64,000 nt of DNA from an uncultured Rickettsiales bacterium (GTDB taxonomy: Bacteria > Myxococcota_A > UBA796 > UBA9615), in contig CAYFOA010000011.1 of assembly GCA_964344575.1 (NCBI GenBank), positions 4,193 through 68,192 on the forward strand. Reading direction: 5' to 3'. The translations under genes and the position numbers were made by a program. The notes below the pieces were generated by a model. The model had not been told where the DNA came from, made no database searches, and worked only from the letters and a program-made list of their open reading frames with translations. Positions 18,168 to 29,714 of this stretch are shown here, one piece after another (positions within the stretch are counted from its first letter, which is position 1; the number at the start of each line of letters is the position of its first letter).

Positions 18168-18515
18168 TCACTCACAGGAGGCGGACGGCCCGGCGCGCCG
18201 CCGGCGGAGGGCAAGCCCGGGCAGGACGAGCAGCGCGGAGAAGCTCCAGGAGAACCCGCAGCCCCCGGCCTTGCAGCCGGGATCCCACGACGTGATGCCG
18301 GCGGAGTCGTCATCGTCAACGGTAGCGGTGGTGTCGTCGTCGTCGCCGGAGTCGTCGTCATCGCCGCCGGAGTCGTCGTCGTCGCCGGAGTCGTCGTCGT
18401 CCCCGGCGGTGTCGTCGTCGTCGGAGACGGTGGCGTCGTCGTCGTCCAGGGGCCCCTCGTCCGTGGGGCAGGCGACGAGGGCGAGCGCGAGCGCGCAGAG
18501 CAGCAACCGGTGCAT
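18168..18515 (-). CDS. Small poly-Asp lipoprotein with MYXO-CTERM-like C-terminal sorting signal
   Basis: Lipobox in MHRLLLCALALALVACP. Repeats (DDDD[ST]G)n. C-terminus GCGFSWSFSALLVLPGLALRRRRAG has a GC motif, a hydrophobic helix and an Arg cluster. Confidence 0.55.
   Translation of the reverse strand: MHRLLLCALALALVACPTDEGPLDDDDATVSDDDDTAGDDDDSGDDDDSGGDDDDSGDDDDTTATVDDDDSAGITSWDPGCKAGGCGFSWSFSALLVLPGLALRRRRAGPSASCE
18290..18440 (-). repeat. Imperfect 18-bp tandem repeats (gccggagtcgtcgtcgtc) encoding poly-Asp repeats
   Basis: Seen directly in the sequence within gene 18168..18515. Confidence 0.8.
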
Positions 18516-18600
18516 GGCGACCTCCCGCCGCCAGCCTACTCGGGTCCGGCCGGGGCTACGCTGTCGGCGCGCGCCCGCCGCCGCGCTGGAGGAGAGCCGA

Positions 18601-20172
18601 ATGTCCCCGACCCGAGTCCTCACCGTCCTCGCCGTCGTCCTCGCGCTCGGGACGCTCGTCCCCGGCACGGCGCACGCCCTCTCCTGCGACGACGGGCCCT
18701 ACGAGTGGGAGAGCTCGTCGCTGCTCCCGGCGGATGGCGAGACCGACGTGCCCCCCGACACCTGGATCTGGATCCGGCTCGACGGCTACGGCCACCCCGA
18801 CGACAGCCGCGGGACCGCCACCGTGGCGCTGTTCGACGCCGCCGACGCCGAGATCGAGGTCGCCGAGCAGGGGGCGATCCGGGTCCCCACCGGCCGCTTC
18901 GTCGCCTTCGCCCCGAGCGCACCCCTCGGCCCCGACGCCGAGTACCGCGTCGAGCTGGACGTGGACGACGAGTGGGACGAGTGGGGCGACGACGACGACG
19001 ACTCCGCGGGCGGGGCGGACACCGTCTCGTACACGTTCACCACCGGGGCGCAGGACAGCGGCGGGGCCGGCCCCGACGTGCCCGCAGTCGAGCGTTTGCG
19101 CCTCGAGGCGGGGCCCAACGAGCTGAGCGGGGGGTTCGGCTGCCCCTGGTACAGCGCGGGGCCCGACACCGCCGCGTTCGAGCTCACCTCCGACGGCCGG
19201 GTGAACGTCATCGCCCGGGTCGACGACGCCGACGACGCCGGCCCGGCGGATCCCCTCGGCCTCCTCGCCGCCGCGGGGGAGGACGGCGAGCTGACGGTCC
19301 GCGACCACCTGCGGCCGACCACCACCGTCTACTTCCGGGTCGGCGCCTACGACCTCGCGGGGAACTTCTCCGGCTGGTCGGAGCCGATCGCGGCGAAGAT
19401 GCCGGCCGCCGGCTGTTCGTCGGAGGCGGACCTCGCCGAGGCGAGCCTCGCGTTGGCGTTGCTGCTGGCGGGCGCGGGGCTCCTGCGGCGCCGGCTGCGT
19501 CTCCTCGCGAGCTCGGAGTGGGCCCCCCTGCTGGTGGCGGGGCTGGTCGCGGCGGCGGGCTTCGCGCCGGCGACCGGCTACGCGGACGCTCCGCCCGTCA
19601 TCGACGGCTCGGCGGAGGTCTCGGTCCCGGCGCCGGCGCCGGCGGGGTGGCAGTCGAGCCTCGACGCGCACCTGAAGCGCGACCAGATGGTGTGGGGCGC
19701 TCTGGGCGTGGCGTCGGGCGGGGTCCAGATCGGGTTCGGGGCCGCGCTCCCCTCCCGGGCCCCGGGCGCGCTGTCGGGGACCATCGCCAACGCCGCCGCG
19801 TGGATGCCGTCCGTCGTCGGGCTGGTGACCGTCAGCGCCCTGCGGGGGCAGGTCCGCAACGCGTCTTCGCCGGCGGACTTCCGGAGCTCGCTGAAGGTCG
19901 GGTTCGCCGTCACCGCGATCTCGTGCGGGATCGCGTGGGGCGTGGGGACGCCGGCGGCGATCCTCAGCGGCTTCTTCCTCGACGGCTCGTTCGGCGTGGG
20001 CGTGGCGATCCTGGGCGTCCCCCTGGCCCTGCTCGCGGCGAACCTCACTTTCGGCGTGAACCTCGCCCGGCTGAACCGGGTCGCGCCGGAGAAGAAGCGC
20101 GCCCGGGCGACCGGCCGTCCCGCCCCCCAGCTCCTCGCCGTGGGGCCGACGGGGCTCCTGCTCGCCTTCTGA
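18601..20172 (+). CDS. Secreted Ig-like/beta-sandwich domain protein with an internal MYXO-CTERM-like motif and a C-terminal multi-TM extension
   Basis: Internal ATG at 18601 gives MSPTRVLTVLAVVLALGTLVPGTAHA (signal peptide). Ig-like region (RLDGYGHPDDSRGTATVALFD...EYRVELDV). Sorting-signal-like segment AAGCSSEADLAEASLALALLLAGAGLLRRRLR sits about 220 aa before the stop. It is followed by hydrophobic helices. Confidence 0.6.
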   Translation: MSPTRVLTVLAVVLALGTLVPGTAHALSCDDGPYEWESSSLLPADGETDVPPDTWIWIRLDGYGHPDDSRGTATVALFDAADAEIEVAEQGAIRVPTGRFVAFAPSAPLGPDAEYRVELDVDDEWDEWGDDDDDSAGGADTVSYTFTTGAQDSGGAGPDVPAVERLRLEAGPNELSGGFGCPWYSAGPDTAAFELTSDGRVNVIARVDDADDAGPADPLGLLAAAGEDGELTVRDHLRPTTTVYFRVGAYDLAGNFSGWSEPIAAKMPAAGCSSEADLAEASLALALLLAGAGLLRRRLRLLASSEWAPLLVAGLVAAAGFAPATGYADAPPVIDGSAEVSVPAPAPAGWQSSLDAHLKRDQMVWGALGVASGGVQIGFGAALPSRAPGALSGTIANAAAWMPSVVGLVTVSALRGQVRNASSPADFRSSLKVGFAVTAISCGIAWGVGTPAAILSGFFLDGSFGVGVAILGVPLALLAANLTFGVNLARLNRVAPEKKRARATGRPAPQLLAVGPTGLLLAF

Positions 20173-20181
20173 CCCCGCCCC

Positions 20182-21936
20182 TCAGTCGCGGCGGACCCGG
20201 GACGACGCGGGGCAGTGCCGGACCGGGTCCGGCGCCGCGGTCACGGGCGTGGGCAGCGCCGGCCCCACCGACCGTTCGCACACCTCGTCCTGGAACGAGC
20301 GCTCGCAGCCGGCCGCGGCGGCCCTCATCACCCCCTCCCAGTACCAGGCCCGCTCCCGGTCCCACTCGAACTCCGGCGTGTCGGTGAGCCGGCACCGGAG
20401 CCGGTCGTACTCGTCGACGGCGTCGCGCCGGACCGCGCCGAAGCCCCGCAGCGCCGCCCGCTGGATCCGCCAGTGGTCGCCTGCGACCTCGTCCGTCAGC
20501 TCCTCCAGGTCCGGGAACATCCACGCCTCGGGGTAGCGGACGCAGTCCTCGTGGCGGTGCAGCGGCTCGACCGCGGGGCACAGCAGCCACTCGTCGGGGC
20601 GGAACGTCGACGGCATCTCCCAGCCCCCCTCCATCGCCGGGCGCATCAGGAGCGCGGAGCCGAACAGCCACGCTCCGACCCCCGCCCCGCCGAGCGCGAG
20701 CGCGATCCACCGGGCCGCGCGGCGAGGGGGCGCCGGTACCAGCGTCGGGAGCACGCCGATCGCGACGATGGTCCCGTACCAGACGAAGCTCAGCCGGCGG
20801 GGGGCCCAGCGATGCAGCGTGTCGGGCGCGCCGAGCACGATCTCCGACGGGGGGAAGGCGCCCACGAGCAGCAGCGTCAGCGGCGCCAGGAGGCAGTAGC
20901 CGGCGATCACGGCGGACGTCAGGCGCTGCTCGCGCGTCCACCGGCGGCGGACCGCGGCGGCGACCAGGAGGGCGACGATCGCGCCCCACGCGACCCACCG
21001 GAGCCCGTCCGCGATCGCCTCGTTCCGGGGGAGGATCGCCGCCCACGGCGTGACGTCGAACGTGAACGGGACCTCGGCGTGCACCGAGAGCAGCCGCGTG
21101 GGCGGGTCGAGGAGGTTGGGGAGCCACTCCCGCAGCCGCTCCGACTCGGGGGTCAGCGGGCTCGCGGCGACCGCGTCGAGGCGCTTCGAGGTCGCGTACC
21201 AGAGCCACCCCACGGCCCCTCCCGCGAGCGCCGCGGCGGCCCGGTCGCGCCACCGGCGGGCCCCCGCCACCGCCCCCGCCGCGACGAGGACGCCCAGCGG
21301 CGCGATGATCACCGTCAGCCACCCCGCGACCATCCCCGCCGCCGCCGCCACGGCCGCGAGCGGAGCCGTCACGAAGCTGTCGAGGCGCCGGCAGAGGAGC
21401 ACGAGCCAGCCGCCGAAGAGGACGAGCGCGGACCCTTCGGCGTAGTTGATCTGTGCCTCCAGGGTGAGGACCACGAACCCCGCCGGGGCGAGCGCCGCGG
21501 CGAGGGCGGCGAGGGCCCCCGCGGCGCGGCCCCCGAGCTCCCACGCGATGCCCACGGCGCCGATGAACCCGAGGACGGCGAAGGCGATGGCGACGGCGCG
21601 GAGGAGGAGGTACTCCTCGCCGGGGGCGGGCTCGACGAAGCCGACGAACCGGGCCACCAGCCAGGGGCCGGCGCCCGTGCCGAGGACCTGCTCGCGGGCC
21701 CAGTAGTCGGCGGGGAGGAGCTCGGTCAGGCCCGTCCGGCTCTGCTTCTGCCAGTGGAGGCGAAGCATGAGGAACTCCTCGGAGCAGACCATCGCCGAGG
21801 CGTGGGCGTAGGCCGCGTGGACGCGCACGGCGACGTACGAAGCGAGCGACGCCAAGACGACGAGGAGCGCCGCCCACGGCAGGCGTCGAGTCCCGCGTTC
21901 CTCCTCCGGGGCCGGCTCCGCCGGCGGCGACGTCAT
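20182..21936 (-). CDS. Polytopic membrane protein with C-terminal soluble domain; GT-C-fold glycosyltransferase-like (ArnT/PMT-type) - function tentative
   Basis: 584 aa with at least 10 hydrophobic helices and a C-terminal ~180-aa Cys-containing domain. It lies 10 nt downstream of the MopE-like lipoprotein gene. Confidence 0.7.
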   Translation of the reverse strand: MTSPPAEPAPEEERGTRRLPWAALLVVLASLASYVAVRVHAAYAHASAMVCSEEFLMLRLHWQKQSRTGLTELLPADYWAREQVLGTGAGPWLVARFVGFVEPAPGEEYLLLRAVAIAFAVLGFIGAVGIAWELGGRAAGALAALAAALAPAGFVVLTLEAQINYAEGSALVLFGGWLVLLCRRLDSFVTAPLAAVAAAAGMVAGWLTVIIAPLGVLVAAGAVAGARRWRDRAAAALAGGAVGWLWYATSKRLDAVAASPLTPESERLREWLPNLLDPPTRLLSVHAEVPFTFDVTPWAAILPRNEAIADGLRWVAWGAIVALLVAAAVRRRWTREQRLTSAVIAGYCLLAPLTLLLVGAFPPSEIVLGAPDTLHRWAPRRLSFVWYGTIVAIGVLPTLVPAPPRRAARWIALALGGAGVGAWLFGSALLMRPAMEGGWEMPSTFRPDEWLLCPAVEPLHRHEDCVRYPEAWMFPDLEELTDEVAGDHWRIQRAALRGFGAVRRDAVDEYDRLRCRLTDTPEFEWDRERAWYWEGVMRAAAAGCERSFQDEVCERSVGPALPTPVTAAPDPVRHCPASSRVRRD

Positions 21937-21946
21937 CGACGGTCGC

Positions 21947-23740
<1,794 letters not shown>

Positions 23741-23744
23741 GGGG

Positions 23745-23800
23745 CTCCCTCCAAGGTCGTTGGAGCGGCGCCAATTGACCCACCGGTCAAGGAATTGTCA
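23745..23800 (-). promoter_or_regulatory. Sigma-70-like promoter candidate (TTGACA-N17-TCAATT) plus GGAGGGA RBS for the MopE-like lipoprotein gene
   Basis: Minus-strand reading is cccTTGACAattccttgaccggtgggTCAATTggcgccgctccaacgaccttGGAGGGAgccccATG. Confidence 0.4.
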
Positions 23801-23828
23801 AGGGTGATCCTGTGGAAGTTTCGTGGTC

Positions 23829-24470
23829 TTAGCGGACCACGTACCGCAATTCGGCCGAGCTGCGGACCGCCGTTCGCCACGCGTTGTAGGCCTCCTCGAA
23901 CTCCAGGTTGTGGACGCGGCGGGTGACGTCGTCGCGGACCTCCTCGAAGGGGCGGCCCCCGTACACCGCGTCCTTGTGGCGCTCGTAGTAGGTCCTCTCG
24001 GCCTCCTCGGTGACGTCCACCACCACCGCGAGGTCGACGATCCGGTCGAGCACGACGGACTGCTTGAAGAAGTCGAGCAGGACGGCCTTGTCGAGGCCCC
24101 AGTCGACCCGCCACGCGACGGCGTCGCCGCGGTCCGCGAACGTCTCCTCGAAGAGGCGGAGGCGGCGCTCGGCCGCGAACCCCGACGGCCGGATGGCGCG
24201 GATCTCGGGGCGGCTCAGCAGGATCGTGCGGAACACGACGGCCTCCAGGGGGTCGACCGGGTCCGTCAGCAGGCGCCCGAACTCGGCCTTGTCCGGCGAG
24301 CTCGCGATCTGCTCCCGGATCGCCGCCTCCAGCGCCACCGACGAGGCCGTCACGGGGGTCCCTTCGACCATCGCGACGACGCGGTCGACGAGCGCTCCGG
24401 CCTCGTCCGGCGTCTTCGGAGGGTCCGCGGCGAAGAGCGCGGCGACTACGAGAACAGTCCGCCAACCCAC
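23829..24470 (-). CDS. Hypothetical secreted/periplasmic protein (~214 aa); start uncertain (alternative ATG at 24371)
   Basis: The C-terminal part of ORF 23829..25103 is protein-like. GTG at 24468-24470 gives a signal-like N-terminus WRTVLVVAALFAA. It overlaps the upstream CPBP gene stop by ~25 nt. It is co-oriented downstream of the CPBP gene. Confidence 0.5.
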   Translation of the reverse strand: MGWRTVLVVAALFAADPPKTPDEAGALVDRVVAMVEGTPVTASSVALEAAIREQIASSPDKAEFGRLLTDPVDPLEAVVFRTILLSRPEIRAIRPSGFAAERRLRLFEETFADRGDAVAWRVDWGLDKAVLLDFFKQSVVLDRIVDLAVVVDVTEEAERTYYERHKDAVYGGRPFEEVRDDVTRRVHNLEFEEAYNAWRTAVRSSAELRYVVR

Positions 24471-25270
24471 GAGAACAAGCCTGTCACGTCCCCCCAGAGA
24501 TCGCCGAACGTCGTCGGATCCAGGGGGCTGATGCCGTAGATGTGGTCGAGGACGATCATCACGCTGTTCGCCCACGTGTGGAACAGCGCGCCGGCGAGCA
24601 CGTTCCCCGATCGCGCCCGCATCCAGCCGAACACCAGCGCCGGGAAGAGGATGAACGGCTGCCACCACTGCCACGTCACCAGGCTGTGGCCGAGCGTGAA
24701 GAGCACCGCGGTGATGGGCAGTGCCCAGCCGAACTTCGCGCCGAACAGCTCGAACCGCTCGGGGTCGTACAGCCCGTCCAGCCGCGTCTGCATGTAGCCC
24801 CGGTAGAAGAACTCCTCCGCGTAGCCCACGCAGAGCAGCTGGTAGAGGACCTGCATCGCGATCGTCAGCGCGATCCCGGACGTGATCGCGTTGCCCGGGC
24901 TGAACGTCGGGTAGCCGTACTTCATGCCCATCACGTCGACGGTGAACCAGTTGTAGAACCAGGTCTGGGCGACGTGGTAGCCGGGCAGGAAGAAGACGTA
25001 GATGACGGCGGTGACGACCGCGAAGAAGGCGAACGCCTTCCGGAAGGCGGGCCAGAACGGGTCGGGGAACGTGATGTCGTGGCTGACGACGAAGTTGTTC
25101 CACTTCTCCGCGGCGACCGGGGTGTAGAGGAAGACGATTGCGACGAGGACGAGCCAGTCGTTGGCGAGGGCGCCGCTGTCGACGAGCACCTTGATCCCGC
25201 GGATGAGGAGGCAGGAGCCGAGGTAGAGCGCCAGGACCTCGGTCCAGACGCGGGCGCGGGACTCGGTCAA
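24446..25270 (-). CDS. CPBP family intramembrane metalloprotease (CAAX protease-like)
   Basis: Motifs EEFFYRG (EExxxR), FTLGHS (FxxxH) and FHTWANS (HxxxN). Multiple TM helices. The TTG start lies 1 nt after the upstream LarE-like stop. Confidence 0.85.
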   Translation of the reverse strand: MTESRARVWTEVLALYLGSCLLIRGIKVLVDSGALANDWLVLVAIVFLYTPVAAEKWNNFVVSHDITFPDPFWPAFRKAFAFFAVVTAVIYVFFLPGYHVAQTWFYNWFTVDVMGMKYGYPTFSPGNAITSGIALTIAMQVLYQLLCVGYAEEFFYRGYMQTRLDGLYDPERFELFGAKFGWALPITAVLFTLGHSLVTWQWWQPFILFPALVFGWMRARSGNVLAGALFHTWANSVMIVLDHIYGISPLDPTTFGDLWGDVTGLFSWVGGLFS

Positions 25271-25271
25271 G

Positions 25272-26159
25272 TCAGGAGCTCAGCGTCTCGTTCATCGCCC
25301 CCTGCCGGTAGCCCTGCAGGTCGATGGTGACGTAGGCGAAGCCGGCCGCCTGGGCGCACGCGATGACCTCGCTGCGGGTCGGCTCGGACACGAGGCGGGG
25401 CAGGTCGGCGGGGCGGACCTCGATGCGGCACAGCTCGTCGTGGTAGCGCACGCGGTACTGCCGGAAGCCGAGCGCCTTGAGCTTTCGTTCGACGTCTCCG
25501 ACCATCGTCAGCCGCTCCGGGGTGATGTGGGTGCCGTAGGGGAAGCGGGAGCTGAGGCACGCGAACGCGGGCTTGTCCCAGACGTCGAGCCCGACGGCGT
25601 GGGCGGCGCCGCGGACGTCCGCCTTGGTCATCCCCGCCTCGACCAGGGGGTGGAGGACGGCGGCCTGCTCGGCGGCGATGAGGCCGGGGCGGTGGTCGCC
25701 GAGGTCGTCGAGGTTGACGCCGTCCGCGATCCGGTCGAACCCCTGCGCGGCGGCGGCGGCGCGGGCGACCCGGTACAGCTCCTCCTTGCAGTAGAAGCAG
25801 CGGTTGGACGGGTTCGTGAAGAAGCCCTCGACGTGCATCTCGTCCGACTCGACGAGCTGGAGCGTGGCGCCGAGCGAGGCGGCGAGGCGGACGCAGTCCT
25901 CCCGCTCCTCGTCCGGCAGCGTCGGGGAGACGGCGGTCAGGGCGACGACGTCGTCCCCGAGCTGCTCCCGCGCGACGGCGAGGACGAACGCCGAGTCGAC
26001 GCCCCCGGAGAAGCAGACGACCCACCGTCCGTCGCCGATCGCGAACCGCCGCCGGAGCGCATCCAGCTTCGGACGCCACACGTGCGCGGGCGACACGAGC
26101 CGCGCGGGATCGGCGTCGCGTGCAGCGTTCGTGGTCAGGATCGGGAGGCTCGTCGCCAT
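25272..26159 (-). CDS. PP-loop ATP pyrophosphatase, LarE-like sulfur transferase family (TIGR00268-like)
   Basis: SGGVDS PP-loop within VVCFSGGVDSAFVLAVA. Also CFYCKEELY and C-terminal PYGTHITPERL. These are the terminal 295 codons of the spurious 1612-aa ORF. ATG is at 26157-26159. Confidence 0.85.
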   Translation of the reverse strand: MATSLPILTTNAARDADPARLVSPAHVWRPKLDALRRRFAIGDGRWVVCFSGGVDSAFVLAVAREQLGDDVVALTAVSPTLPDEEREDCVRLAASLGATLQLVESDEMHVEGFFTNPSNRCFYCKEELYRVARAAAAAQGFDRIADGVNLDDLGDHRPGLIAAEQAAVLHPLVEAGMTKADVRGAAHAVGLDVWDKPAFACLSSRFPYGTHITPERLTMVGDVERKLKALGFRQYRVRYHDELCRIEVRPADLPRLVSEPTRSEVIACAQAAGFAYVTIDLQGYRQGAMNETLSS

Positions 26160-26243
26160 CGGCGCCGGGAGGATAGCGCGCGAACTTGTCCCAGGTTGTC
26201 CCGGATCCGCGCCGGCCCCCTCCGCGAGGGCCAGGGTGGACGC

Positions 26244-26834
26244 ATGGCAAGACTCCCCCGTGGACGCAAGTTCGGGTCCTCGTCGTCCTCCGGCGACGGC
26301 GGCGGGCTCTTCTCCCTCTCCTCCGGCCAGATCGCGTTCCTCGTGTTCATCGCCCTGTCCGCGGGCTGGAACTACCTGTTCGACCGGCCCCCGGACACGT
26401 CGGGCACGGCGGGCTGGGTCGACGTCGGCGACGAGCGCGAGTGGACGTTCGACGAGGTCTCGCTGACGTTCGAGGACGGCTGGTGGTTCCTCGACGCGCG
26501 CGCCGTGGCCGGCGGGAGCTGCATCCCCGGCTTCGGCGGGAGCGCGTTCCTGTACGGCCGCGCGACGTCGTCGGTGCGCGAGCCGGACCAGATGCACGGC
26601 AAGCGCCTGAAGCTGGATACGAGCTGGGGTCTCGAGGAGCACCACTTCTGCCTGCCCGGCTACGAAGGGCTGCTGATGGCGCGCGACGGGACGGTCGCCG
26701 AAGTGACCGAGGTCGAGGGCGATCTCGTCACCGTCGCGCTCTCGGGCCGCTTCGACCAGTACGACGCCCACGGCAGCCGCGCCTCGATCCCCGTCACCGT
26801 CAACGCCGACTTCGTCGCGCGCGTCGACCTCTGA
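26244..26834 (+). CDS. Hypothetical membrane-anchored protein (196 aa)
   Basis: Internal ATG at 26244 gives MARLPRGRKFGSSSSSGDGGG, followed by a TM helix IAFLVFIALSAGWNYLF. Composition is protein-like. The regulator gene follows 13 nt downstream. Confidence 0.6.
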   Translation: MARLPRGRKFGSSSSSGDGGGLFSLSSGQIAFLVFIALSAGWNYLFDRPPDTSGTAGWVDVGDEREWTFDEVSLTFEDGWWFLDARAVAGGSCIPGFGGSAFLYGRATSSVREPDQMHGKRLKLDTSWGLEEHHFCLPGYEGLLMARDGTVAEVTEVEGDLVTVALSGRFDQYDAHGSRASIPVTVNADFVARVDL

Positions 26835-26846
26835 TGGGTCGGTACG

Positions 26847-29682
26847 ATGCCGGCGATGGGGCGCTACCTGCGGCTGCGAGCCGGCACCGTCGACCTGCTC
26901 CGGGGGGAGCTGGAGCGCGACGGGCGCGCCGTCCGGCTGTCCACGCGGGAGCTCGACCTGCTGACGTACCTGGCGCTCCGGGCGGGGCGGAGCGTCTCCC
27001 GCGAGGAGCTGCTCACCGAGGTCTGGGAGCACCACCCCGACTCGCTCAGCCGCGCGGTCGACAAGACGATGACGCGGCTCCGGTCGAAGCTGGAGCTCGA
27101 CCCCGCCCACCCCGACCACCTCGTCACGGTGTTCGGTGAGGGCTACCGGTTCGTCCCCCGGCCGGACACGGCGGAGCTGCCGCTGCCGCCGGCGGCGTGT
27201 CCGACGAACCTCCCCGCGGCGATCGACACGTTCCTGGGGCGCGCCGATCTGCTCGCCGCGATCGAGGCGGCGTACGCCGGCGGGCGGCGGCTCGTCACGC
27301 TCCTCGGGCTGGGGGGGATCGGCAAGACGCGGGCGGCGCAGGAGTTCGCGCGGGCCCGGCTCGCGGAGGACGACGGTCCGTCGGGCGGCGTCTGGTTCTG
27401 CGACCTCGCGGCGGTGAGCACGCCCGCCGGGCTGGTCCGGACCGTGGCGGCGGCCCTGGGGCTCGATCTGGCGCCGGGCGATCCGGACGCGGTGGACCGG
27501 CTCGGCCGCGTGCTCGCCTCGCGCGGAGAGCTGCTCCTCCTGCTCGACAACCTCGACGACGTCGCCGGGGAGGCGGGCGGTCCGCTGGTGCGGTGGATGC
27601 GCGCCGCGCCGGAGCTCCGAATCCTGGGGACGAGCCGGACCCGCCTCGGCGCCCCGGGGGAGACCGTCCTCGAGGTGGGACCCCTGGAGGGAGACGCGGC
27701 CGCCGCGCTGTTCATCGATCGGGCGGCTGCGGTGCGCGGGGGACTGGGACCTCGCACGATCGCGCCGGGAGCACGCGCCGCGACGGCCTCGGGGGGGCAG
27801 CCCGCGGTGGACGACGGCGCGGTCTCGGAGCTGGTCGGGCGGCTGGACGGCATCCCCCTGGCGATCGAGCTGGCCGCGTCCCGGGCGGCGGTCGCCCGGC
27901 CCCAGGAGCTGCTCGACGACCTCGACTCGGTGCTCGACCTCGACGGACCGGCGGGGGCTCCGGAGCGTCACAGCTCGCTCCGCGCGACGCTGACGGCGTC
28001 GTGGTGGCGGCTGACGGAGCGGCAACGAGGGCACGTCGCCGCGTGCGCGCTGTTCCGCGGCGGGTTCGACCTCGCGGCGGCCGAGGCGGTGCTCGGCGTG
28101 GGGGGCCGGACCGCGACGCAGCGGGTCCTCGGGGAGCTCCGGGACCGGTCGTGGCTCCGGGCGACGATCGCGGACGGCGCCCTGGGCTGGCGGTTCTCGC
28201 TCTACCCGGTGGTGGCGCGGTTCGTGGCGACCGTCGCCGAGGCGCCGGCGGACGCGGTGGAGCGCCACGGCCGCCACTACCTCGACCTCGCCGAGCAGCT
28301 CCTCCCGGCGAGCCGGCGGCGGGGGGGCGAGCGGGCGCGGCGGCGGCTCCGGGGGGAGCGGGCGAACCTGCTCGAGGTGCACCGCCGTTCGCTGGACACG
28401 GCCCCGGCGCGGGCGGCCCGGGCGGTGCTCGCGATCGACCCCGTCAACGTCGCCCGGGCGCCCACGAGCGGTGACCTGTGGCGGCTCCGCTCGGCGGTGG
28501 AGCAGGCGGACAAGGCGGGGGACGGGCCGCTGAGGCAGCGGGCCCGGGTGGCGCTCGCCACGGCGCTGTGGCGGCGCGGCAACCGGGACGAGGCGGACGC
28601 GGTGCTGGAGCAGGCGGATCTCGACGCCGATCCGGTTGGCGCGGCGGAGATCCTCAACCGGCTCGCCGTCCACCGGATGTACACGGGTCATCCCGGGGTC
28701 GCGCAGTCCCTGATGGAGCGCTCGCTCGGGCTGGTGTCGGGGCGGGACGCGTACGCGGAGGCGGGGACGGTCGGCCAGATCGGGATCCTCCTCGACCGGA
28801 TCGGGCGGCCGCTCGACGCGCTGGAGCACCACGAGCGGGCGCTGGCGCTGCTGGAGCCGACCGGGGACCTCGTCCGGCTCGGGCGCGTCCTCAACAACCT
28901 CGGCATCTCGTACCTCCACCTCGCCGATCACGCCGCCGCGCAGCGCTACCTGGAGCGGGCGCTGGCGGCGCGGCGGGACGTCGGCGATCGGAGCGGCGAG
29001 GCGATCACGATGGGGAACCTGGCGTCGGTCCTGGCGGAGCTCGGCCGCCCCGAGGAGGCCGAGACGTGCCTCCGGTCTGCGATCGCGATGGCGCGGGCGA
29101 CGGGGGCGATCCTGTACGCGGGGATGTACACGGCGAACCTGGGGATCCTCTGCCTCGACCAGGGACGCCACGCCGAGGCGGGGGAGTACCTCGAGGAGGC
29201 GCGGGCGATCGCGGTCCGGCTGGAGCTGCCCCGGAGCGAGACGGTGGCGGTGACGAACCTCGCGATCCTCGGCTGGCTGCGCGGCGAGCACGTGACGGTG
29301 GAGCGGGCGTGGGCGCGGCTGGACGCCGTGTTCGCGGAGGGCGGCGTCGGCGTGATGGAGCACGAGTCGGCGGTGTTCCGGGCGGCGTGGCTCGCGGACC
29401 GGGGCGGCGGCGGCGGTGCTGGAGGTGGCGCGGGCGGCGCTGGGACCGGGGGGACGGTCCGAGGGCGGCCTCCTGACGGCGGAGGCCTGGGTCGCGCTGG
29501 GGCGCTCGCGGGCGGCCGGCGAGGGGGTCGCGGGGCGCCACCGGGCCGAGGCGGCGGCGCTGCTGGAGCGGGCGTTCGCGGTGACGGGGCCGGGGCGGCT
29601 GGGACCGCTGAACCGGGTGTTCGGGCGGCGCCTGCGGGAGGTCCTGGAGGCCGGGCCGGGCGTTCCGTCGCCCTCCGCTTGA
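26847..29682 (+). CDS. SARP/AfsR-like regulator: N-terminal OmpR-type winged helix + NB-ARC/STAND ATPase + TPR repeats; apparent -1/+2 frameshift near 29400-29416
   Basis: wHTH TRELDLLTYLALRAGRSVSREELLTEVW...GYRF. P-loop LLGLGGIGKTRAA. LPLAIELAA. TPR-like repeats. After ...AAWLADRGGGG the protein-like reading continues in another frame (ORF 29416..29682: LEVARAALGPGG...REVLEAG) across a (GGC)n tract. The original frame turns into Gly/Arg low-complexity sequence. Confidence 0.7.
29401..29416 (+). repeat. (GGC)5 trinucleotide tract at the apparent frameshift site of the SARP-like regulator
   Basis: ggggcggcggcggcggtgc. The protein-like reading frame changes here. Confidence 0.7.
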
Positions 29683-29714
29683 CCCCCTGGGACGTGCTCG
29701 GCACATTGCCGCGC

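Noticed and set aside
19578-20048. 156-aa minus ORF inside the C-terminal extension of gene 18601-20172
   Set aside because: Its composition (Ala/Pro/Arg/Thr-rich) is less protein-like than the plus-strand frame. It was therefore treated as an antisense artefact, though this locus remains ambiguous.
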